Counted from the stretch's first letter, positions 28,999 to 39,206 are shown. The stretch is 54,465 nucleotides of DNA from Salinarchaeum sp. (GCA_007123105.1 SKNY01000013.1:1-54465), one strand, 5' to 3'. Notes: generated from the sequence alone by a model not told the origin. Program-made: numbers and translations.

Positions 28999-30852
28999 CT
29001 ACTCGTCGTCGACCTGTTCCCAATCCAGGTAGTAGCCGTCGGCCTGTTCGGGAATCAGGTCGGTGTTGGTGTTCGCCGGTTCGAAGCCAAACATCCCGTA
29101 GGCGATATCCTGCCAGCTCCAAATCCACCCCAACGAAAACGCCTGGAGTTCCCCGTCGTGCCCGCTCGCGATCAGATCCGCGAACTGCGCTTCGCGGATT
29201 TCGAACTCCATGCCGGAGCCAGCCAACTTGTCTCGTGTCAGCGCAGCGGCTTCTTGAAAGGTTGGATCGTCATAGGTCGTGATCTCGAGCTCATATGGAT
29301 CGTCCTCGTCGTACCCTGCCTCCGCGAGCACTTCGTTGGCGCTCGCGATGTCCGTCTCGTTCGGGCTGTACGGCCATTCGTCGACCCAGTCGTCGTACGA
29401 GATGACTTCTTCCGGCCAGAGATCGGGCGGGGTGAAGCTAAACGCGACCGTTCCCCTCCCTTCGAACACCAGGTCGACTAGCTCCTCGTGGTCGGTTGCA
29501 TACGCCACTGCTTGCCGGGCAGCCGTGATGGTTTGACCGCCGTTAAATGCAAAGTAGAACGTCGAGATGTCAGAAACCGCGACGTAGTTGACCTCGTCGC
29601 CGTTATCGAGCTCCGCGTACGTCCCGACTTCCCGTCCCATGTCATCTTCTTCGGCGTCGACCAGATCACGGTCGTAATGGGCGGTGGGAATGCCGAACGC
29701 GTCGGCGTTTCGTTCGTTGATGTACGTCCAGATTGCGTCGGCGTCTTCGAGGATGATCCAGTGGACGGCCTCCGGGATCGGCTGTCCCTCGTGATAATCC
29801 TCGAACCGAGTCACGGATACTTCGTCCCCCGGAGACCATGCGACGAACTCGAACGGACCCGTGCCGCGCATCGCTTCGCTCGATACTTCTTCTTGGCTGA
29901 CCTCGCCGTCGTAATCTTCGAGGTCGTCCACGTAGCCCTCCGGGACAGCGGCGAATGCATCGTACGACAGAATGTCGAGTGCGCCCGGCGTGGGATCGGT
30001 GAGCTCGATCTCAAACGTGTGGTCATCGATGACTTCGAATGCGATCGAATCGGGCACCACATTTGCCGGTCCGACGCCCTCGTCCTCGTCGGTTTCCGCA
30101 ACGAGACCGAGGTGGGTCGGACTAAGTAGGAAGCTTGCCCGGCGGCTTCCCGGCGATTCGGCCACTCGCCGCCAGGCATACTTGAAGTCGGCTGCAGTCA
30201 GCTCCTCGCCATCGTGGAACTGGACGCCTTCCTTGATGTGGAAGGTGTACGTCAACAAATCATCCGAAATCTCGACGTCGTCGGCGAGCTGGTTTTCGAG
30301 TTCGAGATTGCCGGCGGGATACGTGGTCAGACACTCATACACCTGACCGATCACTACGGAGGATGCGGTGTCCGTCGACTGGATCGGATCGAGCGTCGTG
30401 ACGGTCGAATTGATCACCTCGAAGACGTTTTCGTCCTTGTGCTCGTGACCGGTGTCGAGTTCTACGTTGTGGTATTGTTGGTGGTGTGAGCCGAGGGGGC
30501 CCATTTCCGGCATGTCGACCCACTCGTACGAAAACCGCTCACTCTTTCCGTGGAACAGCGGGAGCAGGATCATATCGTCGCGGATCGCCTCCTCCATCTC
30601 GACGTACGACTCGTTCCGGACGTCTTCGTCGTCGGGATGTGGATGCTCGACGACCCGATCCCACGCTGTTTGGGCTTTCTCGACGTTCGTCAGCCCGTCC
30701 GGATCGTCGTCATCATCGACCGAATCGTCATCTGCGGTATCGTCCGCAGTGATCTCGTCGTCATCGCCGAGACACCCGGCGGCACCGATGCTCGCCACGC
30801 CCCCGCTTGCGAGTAGAAACCGCCGCCGTGAAACAGTCTTCCGGTGTGGCAT
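28999..30852 (-). CDS. ABC transporter substrate-binding lipoprotein, family 5 (peptide/oligosaccharide type)
   Basis: ORF trimmed to MPHRKTVSRRRFLLASGGVASIGAAGC (Tat motif plus lipobox). It is followed by an Asp-rich tether and an SBP_bac_5-like body. Confidence 0.9.
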   Translation of the reverse strand: MPHRKTVSRRRFLLASGGVASIGAAGCLGDDDEITADDTADDDSVDDDDDPDGLTNVEKAQTAWDRVVEHPHPDDEDVRNESYVEMEEAIRDDMILLPLFHGKSERFSYEWVDMPEMGPLGSHHQQYHNVELDTGHEHKDENVFEVINSTVTTLDPIQSTDTASSVVIGQVYECLTTYPAGNLELENQLADDVEISDDLLTYTFHIKEGVQFHDGEELTAADFKYAWRRVAESPGSRRASFLLSPTHLGLVAETDEDEGVGPANVVPDSIAFEVIDDHTFEIELTDPTPGALDILSYDAFAAVPEGYVDDLEDYDGEVSQEEVSSEAMRGTGPFEFVAWSPGDEVSVTRFEDYHEGQPIPEAVHWIILEDADAIWTYINERNADAFGIPTAHYDRDLVDAEEDDMGREVGTYAELDNGDEVNYVAVSDISTFYFAFNGGQTITAARQAVAYATDHEELVDLVFEGRGTVAFSFTPPDLWPEEVISYDDWVDEWPYSPNETDIASANEVLAEAGYDEDDPYELEITTYDDPTFQEAAALTRDKLAGSGMEFEIREAQFADLIASGHDGELQAFSLGWIWSWQDIAYGMFGFEPANTNTDLIPEQADGYYLDWEQVDDE

Positions 30853-30934
30853 AAGAACTAGCCGGTCCTTCAACAGTAAAAACATCATGGTGTTTTCCAT
30901 TTCGTACCGGATGTTACGGCTGCCATAATGTCAC

Positions 30935-31390
30935 TTATCGCGACTCCATTGCCCGGTGGACTCGCCACGTAATGAGCGTCTCGCCGGCGTAATTCACAAC
31001 GAATCCGCACCCGATCGCGATCGGCATCGTCACGACTGGCCAGACGTCTGTGCCACCGACCATAACACTCACCGGCAACCGCGTCAAGACGAACACCACG
31101 ATGACTTGAACGGCGATCCCGCCGCTCCGAACTACGTTCGACCGGAGCAACCGCGTCAGCCGATCGATCCATCTGGATCCGCCCGCTTGCCCGAACGTAT
31201 ACCGATCGTTGAGAAGAAACATCAGGATGATCGCACACTCGGCGCCGACGATCTTCGCGATCTCCGGACGTATCCCAATGTACAGATAGAGTGCGCTACT
31301 CACGGTAAGGTCGAGCATCGCTCCGACAAGGCCGACCGACGCAAATTGTACCAGCCGCCGACCGTCACGAAGCGCGCCGAGTCGGGTCAT
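30935..31390 (-). CDS. GtrA family membrane protein
   Basis: MTRLGALRDGRRLVQFASVGLVGAMLDL..LNDRYTF, with four TM helices. It has a 1-nt TGATG overlap with the upstream glycosyltransferase. Confidence 0.8.
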   Translation of the reverse strand: MTRLGALRDGRRLVQFASVGLVGAMLDLTVSSALYLYIGIRPEIAKIVGAECAIILMFLLNDRYTFGQAGGSRWIDRLTRLLRSNVVRSGGIAVQVIVVFVLTRLPVSVMVGGTDVWPVVTMPIAIGCGFVVNYAGETLITWRVHRAMESR

Positions 31391-32181
31391 CAACCCCTCC
31401 GCTCGCAACTAGCCCGACCATAGATCGAAGCACGCGTCACCAGCGGTGGCGTCGTCGGGAGGAATCCGTCGGCGATCGACACGATCAGAGAATCGCGGGT
31501 GTCGGCGCGAAGGCGGATGAAGCTCCGGCTAAACGCAAGCAATGCACCCGCCGTGTTTACCGTCGATCCCGGTCGATCCTCCCAGCTGATCGGTATTTCA
31601 ATGATCTCGGCACCCGCGGTCGCCGCCGCCACGAGGAACTCAATATCCCAGGCGAAGCCAGGAGTCACGAGCCTCATCCGAATGTCCTCCCAGAGTGTCG
31701 CATTGATCGCCTTGGCTCCGCACTGGTAATCGTATAACACGACTGGGAGGAGTCGGCGAGCTACCCGGACGAATCCGTCGCCGAGTCGTCGCCGAAGTCT
31801 GGATTGATGGACCGTAACGACGGCATCAGGGTGGCGACGCGATCCAACAGCCAGATCGGCACGACCGGTGCAAACCGGTTCAAGCACGGTTGCAAGTGCA
31901 GCTGGCGAGGTACTCCCGTCGGCGTCGGCGAACGCCAGAATATCAGCGTCCAGCGTCTCGAACCCCGCCGTGATGGCCGCACCCTTTCCCCGGCGGTGAT
32001 CGGCAACGCAACAGGTTGCGACAGATCGTTTGACCGCGCGGACGACATCCCGTGTCGGGACGTCGAGTTCAACGTGAATCTGGTCGGGTTCGAGCTCTCG
32101 TTGGATTCCCTCGATGAACGTGGCGAGCCGATCCGGCGACGGCCGATAGGCCGGAATGACGATGCCGACCGTCGCGTCCAT
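31390..32181 (-). CDS. family 2 glycosyltransferase (dolichyl-phosphate hexose synthase-like)
   Basis: VGIVIPAYRP.., DADGS, and GAKAI motifs. Confidence 0.85.
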   Translation of the reverse strand: MDATVGIVIPAYRPSPDRLATFIEGIQRELEPDQIHVELDVPTRDVVRAVKRSVATCCVADHRRGKGAAITAGFETLDADILAFADADGSTSPAALATVLEPVCTGRADLAVGSRRHPDAVVTVHQSRLRRRLGDGFVRVARRLLPVVLYDYQCGAKAINATLWEDIRMRLVTPGFAWDIEFLVAAATAGAEIIEIPISWEDRPGSTVNTAGALLAFSRSFIRLRADTRDSLIVSIADGFLPTTPPLVTRASIYGRASCERRG

Positions 32182-32224
32182 GGGATCGGTTTGACAGTGG
32201 GGAAAGTAACGGTGGCGTTCTCGC

Positions 32225-32470
32225 TCAGGAAACGACTGACACGGCGTCAGCGTCAGTCGCCTCGGTCTCTAAGAAGTGGGGAATGTACCGTTGGGTGTCA
32301 AAGATCTCCCGTTCGTCCTCGTCGCCGACGATACACCAGAGTTGGGGGCGGTTCGGTCCATGCCAGTCGCCGTTTCGGGTCACACTGAAACAGACGTACT
32401 CGGTATCGTCCACTGAGATCACATCGTCCTTTCGGACACCGGCATCCCCGATGATCAGCAACCGCTTCAT
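32225..32470 (-). CDS. small acidic hypothetical protein (81 aa)
   Basis: Only the C-terminal part of ORF 32225..33160, from the ATG at 32470 ([16 protein letters not shown]..), is plausible. The rest of that ORF is antisense to ribosomal protein genes. Confidence 0.45.
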   Translation of the reverse strand: MKRLLIIGDAGVRKDDVISVDDTEYVCFSVTRNGDWHGPNRPQLWCIVGDEDEREIFDTQRYIPHFLETEATDADAVSVVS

Positions 32471-32566
32471 AGTCGACCCGTTGGCCCACCCCATACTAAG
32501 CGCTTCGTCAGGGACCAAACGGGTTTTAACTGCGAGTCTCCCATTCACTCTCAAGAGACGATTCAC

Positions 32567-32851
32567 ATGCAAATCCCACGACGATTCAACACGTACTGCC
32601 CGCACTGTCACGCCCATCACGAACACGAAATCGAGACGGTCCGGCAAGGCCAGTCGTCCGGCATGAAGAAGGTAAACGACCGCCAACGGCGACGCCGCGG
32701 ATCGGGCATCGGGAACGCCGGGAAGTTCTCGAAGGTTCCGAGCGGTGAGAAACCCACGAAGAAGACGAACTTTAAATACCGGTGTACATCCTGTGGACGC
32801 GCCCACCTCCGAAAGGGCTGGCGGGCCGGCCGCGTCGAGTTTCAGGAGTGA
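32567..32851 (+). CDS. rpl44e: 50S ribosomal protein L44e
   Basis: [22 protein letters not shown]...[11 protein letters not shown]. Confidence 0.95.
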   Translation: MQIPRRFNTYCPHCHAHHEHEIETVRQGQSSGMKKVNDRQRRRRGSGIGNAGKFSKVPSGEKPTKKTNFKYRCTSCGRAHLRKGWRAGRVEFQE

Positions 32852-32854
32852 GCC

Positions 32855-33028
32855 ATGGCTGGAAGTTTCCTCCGCGTGCGCTGTCCGGATTGTGAGAACG
32901 AACAAGTCGTCTTTCAGAAGGCCGCCACAACGGTCTCGTGTGCGGTGTGTGGGACCGGGATTGCGGCTCCAACTGGCGGGAAGGCGACCATCCATGGCGA
33001 GGTCATCGAGCCGGTGGAACAACGATGA
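32855..33028 (+). CDS. rps27e: 30S ribosomal protein S27e (57 aa, below the ORF-track cutoff)
   Basis: My translation is [57 protein letters not shown]. It sits in the conserved position after L44e, and its stop overlaps the next ATG. Confidence 0.9.
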   Translation: MAGSFLRVRCPDCENEQVVFQKAATTVSCAVCGTGIAAPTGGKATIHGEVIEPVEQR

Positions 33029-33825
33029 AATACAGCGGCTGGCCGGAACCGGGACAGCTCGTTGTCGGGAAGGTCGAGGAGATCGAGGACTTCGGTGTTT
33101 TTGTCGATCTCGAGGAATACGAAGACAAACAGGGACTCGTCCACGTGAGCGAGGTCGCAAGCGGGTGGATCAAAAACATCCGTGATCATGTTCGAACGGG
33201 TCAAACCGCCGTTTGTAAGGTGCTCTCGGTCGACGAATCTGCCCAACAGATCGACCTCTCCATCAAGGACGTCAACGATCACCAACGCAAAGAAGCCATT
33301 CAACGGTGGAAGAACGAACAGAAGGCCGACAACTGGATGTCGATCGCCTTCGGCGAAGATCTCGAATCGGATCATTACCGACGCATCGCCGACGAGCTCG
33401 TTGCCGCATTCGGTGGCCTCTACGAGGCGTTCGAGCACGCGGCCATTCGAGGCGAAGAGGCGTTTGACGAGGTCGATCTTGCCGAGGAAGACATCGAGGC
33501 ACTGATCGAGACGGCCCGAGATAACGTCTCCGTACCGTTCGTCAGCGTGTCTGGATACATCGATCTCGAGAGCGGCGATCCGAACGGTGTCGATAACGTC
33601 AAGGATGCACTGCACGCAGCCGAAGGGAACGGCGAGGTCCCGGAGGATGTCGATCTCGAAGTGAGCTACGTTGGAGCACCCGAGTATCGCATCCGGGTCC
33701 AAGCGCCGAATTATAAAGTTGCAGAACGGGAGCTGGAGGCGAGTGCAGCGCGTGCAATCGATCACGTGGAATCGGTTGGCGGGGCCGGCGAGTTCCATCG
33801 AGAACGTCGGACGGAGGACGCCTGA
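33025..33825 (+). CDS. eif2a: translation initiation factor aIF2 alpha subunit
   Basis: ORF 32938..33825 trimmed to [32 protein letters not shown], which has an S1 domain. Confidence 0.95.
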   Translation: MKYSGWPEPGQLVVGKVEEIEDFGVFVDLEEYEDKQGLVHVSEVASGWIKNIRDHVRTGQTAVCKVLSVDESAQQIDLSIKDVNDHQRKEAIQRWKNEQKADNWMSIAFGEDLESDHYRRIADELVAAFGGLYEAFEHAAIRGEEAFDEVDLAEEDIEALIETARDNVSVPFVSVSGYIDLESGDPNGVDNVKDALHAAEGNGEVPEDVDLEVSYVGAPEYRIRVQAPNYKVAERELEASAARAIDHVESVGGAGEFHRERRTEDA

Positions 33826-33836
33826 TCGGACGAACG

Positions 33837-34019
33837 ATGGGACGAACGATCCGGATGTGTCTGACGTGGAACGCTCGACACGATCGACCGCAGTATACGC
33901 TGGGCCAAACGTGTCCCGCTTGTGGTGGCGAGACCCGTCCAGCTGCACCGGCATCGTTCAGTCCGGCGGATCCGTACGGCGAGTACCGCCGTGCGCTCAA
34001 GGACCGAGTCCATGACTGA
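33837..34019 (+). CDS. nop10: H/ACA RNP protein Nop10
   Basis: ..YTLGQTCPACGGETRPAAPASFSPADPYGEYRRALK, in the conserved position after eif2a. Confidence 0.8.
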   Translation: MGRTIRMCLTWNARHDRPQYTLGQTCPACGGETRPAAPASFSPADPYGEYRRALKDRVHD

Positions 34020-34785
34020 GTGGAGCACCGATGGCGTGTTCGTCGACACGCTTGCCTCACCCTCACTAACCGATCCCGTCATGATCGAGGGATTGCCCGG
34101 TGTCGGCAACGTTGGTGCACTCGTCGTCGAACACCTGTTAGAGGAACTGGAACCGACGTTGTGTGCCCGAATTACGTCTGAACACCTGCCGCCACAGGTG
34201 ATGATCGACGCGGATGGGCTGGCACAGCTTCCCAGTCTCGAGATCCACGCTGTATCCATCGAAGGTCGGGATCTGCTTTGTGTCAGCGGCGAACAGCAAG
34301 CGACCAATCCCGTTGGCCACTATCGACTCACGACCGCCGTCCTGGATATTGCTGCGTCCTTCGATGTATCCACGATCTATGCACTCGGAGGCGTCCCGAC
34401 TGGTGAACTATCTGCGGATCCGGCAATCGTCGGTGCCGTCTCCAATGAATCATTGCGCGAACCCGCTGAGGCGGTCGGCGTGGACTTTCGCGAGCGCGAG
34501 CCAAAAGGCGGTATTCTCGGCATCAGTGGTCTCCTCCTCGGGCTCGGGGGTGAACGCGGCTTTGACGTGACGTGTTTGATGGGTGAGACGAGTGGCTATC
34601 TTGTCGATCCAACGAGTGCGAGTGCCGTGCTTTCGGTGCTCGAAGCATGGATCGGATTCGACGTTAGCTACGACCGACTGGACGCCCGGGCCGAGGCGAT
34701 GAAACCCGTCGTCCAGCAGGTCCAGCAGCTTCAGGAGGGCGACGCCGAACCGGCCGGCGGCGATGATCTCCGGTATATTGACTGA
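34012..34785 (+). CDS. PAC2-family proteasome assembly chaperone-like protein
   Basis: ORF trimmed to MTEWSTDGVF..PVMIEGLPGVGNVG. It overlaps the nop10 stop by 8 nt. Confidence 0.8.
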   Translation: MTEWSTDGVFVDTLASPSLTDPVMIEGLPGVGNVGALVVEHLLEELEPTLCARITSEHLPPQVMIDADGLAQLPSLEIHAVSIEGRDLLCVSGEQQATNPVGHYRLTTAVLDIAASFDVSTIYALGGVPTGELSADPAIVGAVSNESLREPAEAVGVDFREREPKGGILGISGLLLGLGGERGFDVTCLMGETSGYLVDPTSASAVLSVLEAWIGFDVSYDRLDARAEAMKPVVQQVQQLQEGDAEPAGGDDLRYID

Positions 34786-34901
34786 ACACGATTCAGCGAC
34801 GCCGTTCAGACGGCACTCGGTTTCCCAAAAAATGTGTTCACCGATTCTCAATCGGCAGTGCTACCGATACCAACCGAGTAGAGATGAGAAGTCGTCTGCG
34901 G

Positions 34902-35258
34902 TTAGCGACCGAGCTTTTCCCGGGCGATTTTGACGCCCGATGGGGTGACGATGATCTGATCGTCGCCCTTCTGGACGATATCGCCGTTGACCTCCCTGGC
35001 CACCAATTGGAGCTCGTCGATGATGTGTTCGACAACGGAATCTTGTGTGCGGAGGCGAACGATGTCGGCGACGACCATATGGCCGTCGTAGACGGCGTCC
35101 TTGATCTCAATGACGTCCTGTTGGTCGTCGATCTCGGCGATGTACACCGTGACGCCGGCGGTTGCGGCGGGATCTTCAATGTCGTCAAGATCGAGTTCGA
35201 CGTATTCGTCCAGCCGGGCACCTCCTCGGTCCCCTAAGATCTTACTCATCAAGCCCAT
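34902..35258 (-). CDS. sepF: cell division protein SepF (archaeal FtsZ anchor)
   Basis: MGLMSKILG..YVELDLDD..DVIEIKDAVYDG..IVQKGDDQIIVTP closely resembles characterised haloarchaeal SepF. Confidence 0.85.
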   Translation of the reverse strand: MGLMSKILGDRGGARLDEYVELDLDDIEDPAATAGVTVYIAEIDDQQDVIEIKDAVYDGHMVVADIVRLRTQDSVVEHIIDELQLVAREVNGDIVQKGDDQIIVTPSGVKIAREKLGR

Positions 35259-35306
35259 ACCGAAATACCTCCCCTGGAAGCGGTAAAGCTCTTGCGTCAG
35301 ACGCGT

Positions 35307-35786
35307 TCAAGCGGTGACGTTATACAGTTCATCCCCAACGTGGTGGATCGACTCGATCACCTTTCCGTGTTCGCCAACCATTTCCTCGCCGCCCACCATC
35401 GCGATACCGATCGCGAGGATCTTACCGTGTGTCTCCTCTGCGATGAGCACTGGATCGCCGGTTGTGATTGTCTCGTCTGCCGCAACGATCCCTGGCCGCA
35501 TGACGTCCGCACCGTCGCTTACAAATGGGATGGCCCCGGCATCGACGGTGACGATCCCTCGGGTGGGATCGGTGGCATTGGCGCCGCGGACGGTGAGGAT
35601 CGGACCGACCTCTCCGTCAATGATCATCGGCTCCCCATCGACGAGAATCAGGCGTTCGTCACGATCGCCGAACTCGACGGACTCAAAGCTGTTGCCATCG
35701 AACGTGACGCCAAAGCGGCCCTCGATCTCCGAACGCAATCGCCGGACTGCGTCGTTCCGGAGGTGGTGTCGGGAGGTGATTTCCAT
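35307..35786 (-). CDS. PUA-domain RNA-binding protein
   Basis: It has the IPFVSDGADVMRPGI PUA signature. It is 159 aa. Confidence 0.8.
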   Translation of the reverse strand: MEITSRHHLRNDAVRRLRSEIEGRFGVTFDGNSFESVEFGDRDERLILVDGEPMIIDGEVGPILTVRGANATDPTRGIVTVDAGAIPFVSDGADVMRPGIVAADETITTGDPVLIAEETHGKILAIGIAMVGGEEMVGEHGKVIESIHHVGDELYNVTA

Positions 35787-35872
35787 ACGTGCCGATGGTG
35801 CCGGCGCGCGAATAAATCGACCGCTCCGGCCGCAGCCGCAGGGCTAAGTGCAGGCGGGCCGTGTGTGCCGGC

Positions 35873-36160
35873 ATGAAGCGCACGTGGCCCGACGACCGGT
35901 TGGTCACGTGTATCGCCTGTGGGGTCCGCATCTCCCGGTCGGACGCCCGCGAATACGATCGGTTCGGCGACCGGTGGGACCGCGCGAACAAGGAATTCGA
36001 GTATCTTTGCAAACGGTGCTTTGCCGATGAATGTCATTTTCCGCGAGACGACCTCGAATCCATTCTGATGACACTCGACGGTGATTCGACCTCTGTCGCC
36101 GGTTTCGTCCGAGCCTATTACCGAGCCGTTGCCAACCACGAGGACAATCCCAATCCTTGA
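35873..36160 (+). CDS. small zinc-ribbon protein, function unknown
   Basis: ORF trimmed to MKRTWPDDRLVTCIACG..LCKRCF. Confidence 0.5.
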   Translation: MKRTWPDDRLVTCIACGVRISRSDAREYDRFGDRWDRANKEFEYLCKRCFADECHFPRDDLESILMTLDGDSTSVAGFVRAYYRAVANHEDNPNP

Positions 36161-36242
36161 TATCCATCGACGTCCGGTACGGCTATGCCGCCTGGGTCGG
36201 TAGAGCGGGTATGCGGGACTGGTTTCGCGGGGTTGTAGACCG

Positions 36243-37520
36243 ATGACGGACGGACAGGCGGCTGCCGGTACTGCTGCTGGTCAGGGTCCGGTCGAGATCG
36301 ATCAGGAACTGGCCGACCGACTTGCGGACCGCCGGGCACAGCTGTTCGAGAAGTTCGAGATCCCGGACGCCTTCCCGCAAGACGTGTTCGATGCGGCCAC
36401 AGAACGAACTGGCGACGTGGACGCTGACATCGCGACCGCGGTCGAGGAACGCCCCGACCTCAGAGAGCTCACGACCTGGACCACCGATCCGATTGACGCC
36501 CAGGACTTCGATGACGCGATTAGCGTTGAACGAACCGACGACGAGTACGTCCTTTGGGTCCATATTGCCGACGTCACTCACTACGTCGATCCGGACACGG
36601 CCGTCTGGGAGGAGGCTCGCCGACGCGGGAACACCGTTTACCTGCCCGCCTATACCGTTCACATGTTGCCGCCGATGCTGGCGGAGACCGTCTGCTCGCT
36701 CGTTCCCGAGGAAGATCGGTTGGCCCATACCGTCGAGATGCACCTCAATCCGGATACGTTGTCATACGAATCCATCGACATCTACAAATCCGTCATTCGG
36801 AGCGACGAGCGGCTTACCTACGGCGAGACCGAGGGCAGGATCGACGACCCTGACGCACCGTTACACGACGAGCTGGCGCTGGTGTGGGAACTCGCAGAGC
36901 GGATGCACCAACAACGCAAGGAGGACGGCAGCCTGGTTCTCAACCCCTCACGGGATCGTGCGCACACCATCGTCGAGGAGTGCATGCTGAAGGCGAATAA
37001 GGCAGTAACCCACGAACTCATGTGGAACCGTGGCCTCGAAGCCATGTATCGGGTCCACCCCCAGCCGACTCCCGACGAATGGGACAAAGCCCTTCGGGAG
37101 ATTCAGGAACTGGAAGGCGTCTCGATCCCCGGAGACAGTTGGGACGATCCCCGCAAGGCCGTCAATGCGACGCTCGAGGAAGCACCGGATCGTCAGCTCC
37201 CGAAGATCCAACGAGCGGTCATGAAGGTCATGCCCCGGGCGAGTTACATGAGCGATCCATTCGGTGGTCACCACGCGCTGAATTTCGAGATTTACGGTCA
37301 CTTTACGAGCCCCATCCGCCGGCTTTCCGATCTCGTCAACCACTGGATCGTCCACACCGACGACGTTCCCGATGGTCTCGCGAACCTCTGTTCGCACGCC
37401 TCTGAACGCCAGCAGGCGGCCGAACGGTGTGAACGCGAGTACAAAACGTTCCTCCGTGAAGTCGGCCTCGACCCCTATGCTGTCAACAATCGCGGGCTGT
37501 ACGTCCTCGAGGACGACTAA
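36243..37520 (+). CDS. rnr: RNase R / RNase II family 3'-5' exoribonuclease (compact form, RNB domain only)
   Basis: DPIDAQDFDDAISV, VHIADV, and YTVHMLP RNB motifs. It is 425 aa. Confidence 0.9.
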   Translation: MTDGQAAAGTAAGQGPVEIDQELADRLADRRAQLFEKFEIPDAFPQDVFDAATERTGDVDADIATAVEERPDLRELTTWTTDPIDAQDFDDAISVERTDDEYVLWVHIADVTHYVDPDTAVWEEARRRGNTVYLPAYTVHMLPPMLAETVCSLVPEEDRLAHTVEMHLNPDTLSYESIDIYKSVIRSDERLTYGETEGRIDDPDAPLHDELALVWELAERMHQQRKEDGSLVLNPSRDRAHTIVEECMLKANKAVTHELMWNRGLEAMYRVHPQPTPDEWDKALREIQELEGVSIPGDSWDDPRKAVNATLEEAPDRQLPKIQRAVMKVMPRASYMSDPFGGHHALNFEIYGHFTSPIRRLSDLVNHWIVHTDDVPDGLANLCSHASERQQAAERCEREYKTFLREVGLDPYAVNNRGLYVLEDD

Positions 37521-38113
37521 CCATCGAGGTCGGCACGACCGCTGGTGGCACTCAAGATCCGATCTTTCAGGTCATCGTATTCTGCGGTCGGCACGACTGC
37601 GTCGAAGGTAACGGCAGCCTCATATGCGGCATCGAAAGCAATCGTTTCGCTCTCGAGGATCGACCGGACCGTCCCGGAATCGTCGTACGTGACGGTGATC
37701 GTAACGGGTTGATGTGGAACCCGTTCGACGACTTTTGTCGCCGCGATCGCCCCGGTGGTGGCGTCGGTGTACGATCGGACGAGCCCGCCGATGCCGAGGT
37801 TCGTTCCCCCGTAGTACCGAACTACCGTCACGACGACGTTTTCGAGGGATTGTCCCTCGATGACCGACAGTACTGGCGGCCCGGCCGATCCTCGCGGCTC
37901 GCCGTCATCGTTCGACCATTCGCGAAGTGGGTCGGCGCGAATGCGATAGGCCGCGACGACATGACTCGCATCCGGGTGGGCCGCCCGGACGGCGTCGATT
38001 GCCTGTTCTGCCGCCGGTACGGTCCGTGCCGGTTCGATCCGGCCGAGAAATTGCGACTTTCGTCGTTCGAAGGCGTGTTCTCCCGGTCTATCGACAGTAC
38101 GAAAGGACGCCAT
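37517..38113 (-). CDS. YigZ/IMPACT family protein
   Basis: SQFLGRIEPA...VVAAYR...DDGEPRGSAGPPVL motif. Confidence 0.8.
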   Translation of the reverse strand: MASFRTVDRPGEHAFERRKSQFLGRIEPARTVPAAEQAIDAVRAAHPDASHVVAAYRIRADPLREWSNDDGEPRGSAGPPVLSVIEGQSLENVVVTVVRYYGGTNLGIGGLVRSYTDATTGAIAATKVVERVPHQPVTITVTYDDSGTVRSILESETIAFDAAYEAAVTFDAVVPTAEYDDLKDRILSATSGRADLDG

Positions 38114-38616
38114 CACGAGAGTTCGACCGATCGCACGAACGAAAGGTCGTGGATTTCCCGCAAGACGTCGCCGGGGACGGGCTCCTCGGTGATGACGTAC
38201 AGTCGGGGCTCGTCGGAGAACTCCGGATCGTCGCTGACCGCCTGTCGGATCGAGAGCCCCTCGTCAGCGAGAATGCCTGTAATCTCCGCGATGATGCCGG
38301 CCTCGTCGGCGTTTCTGACGGCAATCGTCACGACCGAAAGGTCGAGCACTGGGGCGAGGTCCATCAAGCTTGGGAGGTGTGAGATGTTCTGAAAGATGCG
38401 TCGCAGTTCCTCGTCGGCGAGGATGGCGTTAGTCGTCGAATCGACGACCCGCCGGTCGACGTCGATCTCCCTGGCGATCTGGGTGTTCGGAATCTCGATC
38501 CCACCAGAGACGACACGCCCCTCGTCGTTCACCGAGAATCCGCGTTCGAGAAGGAGCCGAATGACGGTCTGCTGGCTCGGGCTCCCCTCGAACTTCTCCA
38601 TGATCTCGTCGAACAT
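38113..38616 (-). CDS. HTH plus ACT-domain regulatory protein
   Basis: The N-terminus is winged-helix-like. The C-terminus is an ACT-like fold (VVTIAVRNADEAGIIAEITGILADEGLSIRQ). Confidence 0.7.
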   Translation of the reverse strand: MFDEIMEKFEGSPSQQTVIRLLLERGFSVNDEGRVVSGGIEIPNTQIAREIDVDRRVVDSTTNAILADEELRRIFQNISHLPSLMDLAPVLDLSVVTIAVRNADEAGIIAEITGILADEGLSIRQAVSDDPEFSDEPRLYVITEEPVPGDVLREIHDLSFVRSVELS

Positions 38617-39206
38617 CACTCGATGGAACCTTTCGTACTCGGTGCGTCGGCCCGACGGTCGTCGATCCGTGTCGCGTCGTCGAGGGCCCGTGCGAACGCC
38701 TTGAACAGTGCTTCGATTTCGTGGTGGGCGTTGTTTCCGGCTACTGTGGCGTGGACGGTCATCCCGGCGTGCATCGCGACGGACTCCCAGAAGTGTTCGG
38801 CGAGTTGTGCCGTGAATGCCCCGACCTGCTCTTGGGAGAACGAGCCGTTCCAGTGGTAGCCTGGTCGTCCACTGACGTCGACGACCACGGACGCGAGCGC
38901 TTCGTCGAGGGGAACGGATCGGTCTGCAAACCGGACGATGCCGGAACGATCGCCGAGGGCTTCGTCGAAGGCGGACCCGAGCACGATACCGACATCCTCG
39001 ACCGTGTGGTGTTCGTCGATCTCGAGGTCCCCCGCTGCCTGCACCGTGAGGTCGAACAACCCGTGGGCGGCGAGGCTCGTGAGCATGTGATCGAGAAAGC
39101 CGATCCCCGTATCGACCGACGCCGATCCGGACCCGTCGACGGCGAGTGTGAGTTCGATCGTCGTCTCCTCGGTCTCGCGGGTAACCCGTGCACGCCGATC
39201 ACTCAT
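38616..39206 (-). CDS. hisB: imidazoleglycerol-phosphate dehydratase
   Basis: ORF trimmed to [19 protein letters not shown]. It has [17 protein letters not shown], and [15 protein letters not shown]. Confidence 0.95.
   Translation of the reverse strand: MSDRRARVTRETEETTIELTLAVDGSGSASVDTGIGFLDHMLTSLAAHGLFDLTVQAAGDLEIDEHHTVEDVGIVLGSAFDEALGDRSGIVRFADRSVPLDEALASVVVDVSGRPGYHWNGSFSQEQVGAFTAQLAEHFWESVAMHAGMTVHATVAGNNAHHEIEALFKAFARALDDATRIDDRRADAPSTKGSIE

Noticed and set aside
32914-33954. Long minus-strand ORFs (346 aa here; also 32225-33160 N-terminal part, 3432-4442, 18158-19024, 11603-12568, 42818-43885 and many others in the track)
   Set aside because: All are antisense to, or out of frame with, genes that have unmistakable conserved motifs. 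All give Arg/Pro/Ser-rich low-complexity products. This is the expected stop-codon-poor artefact of high GC content.
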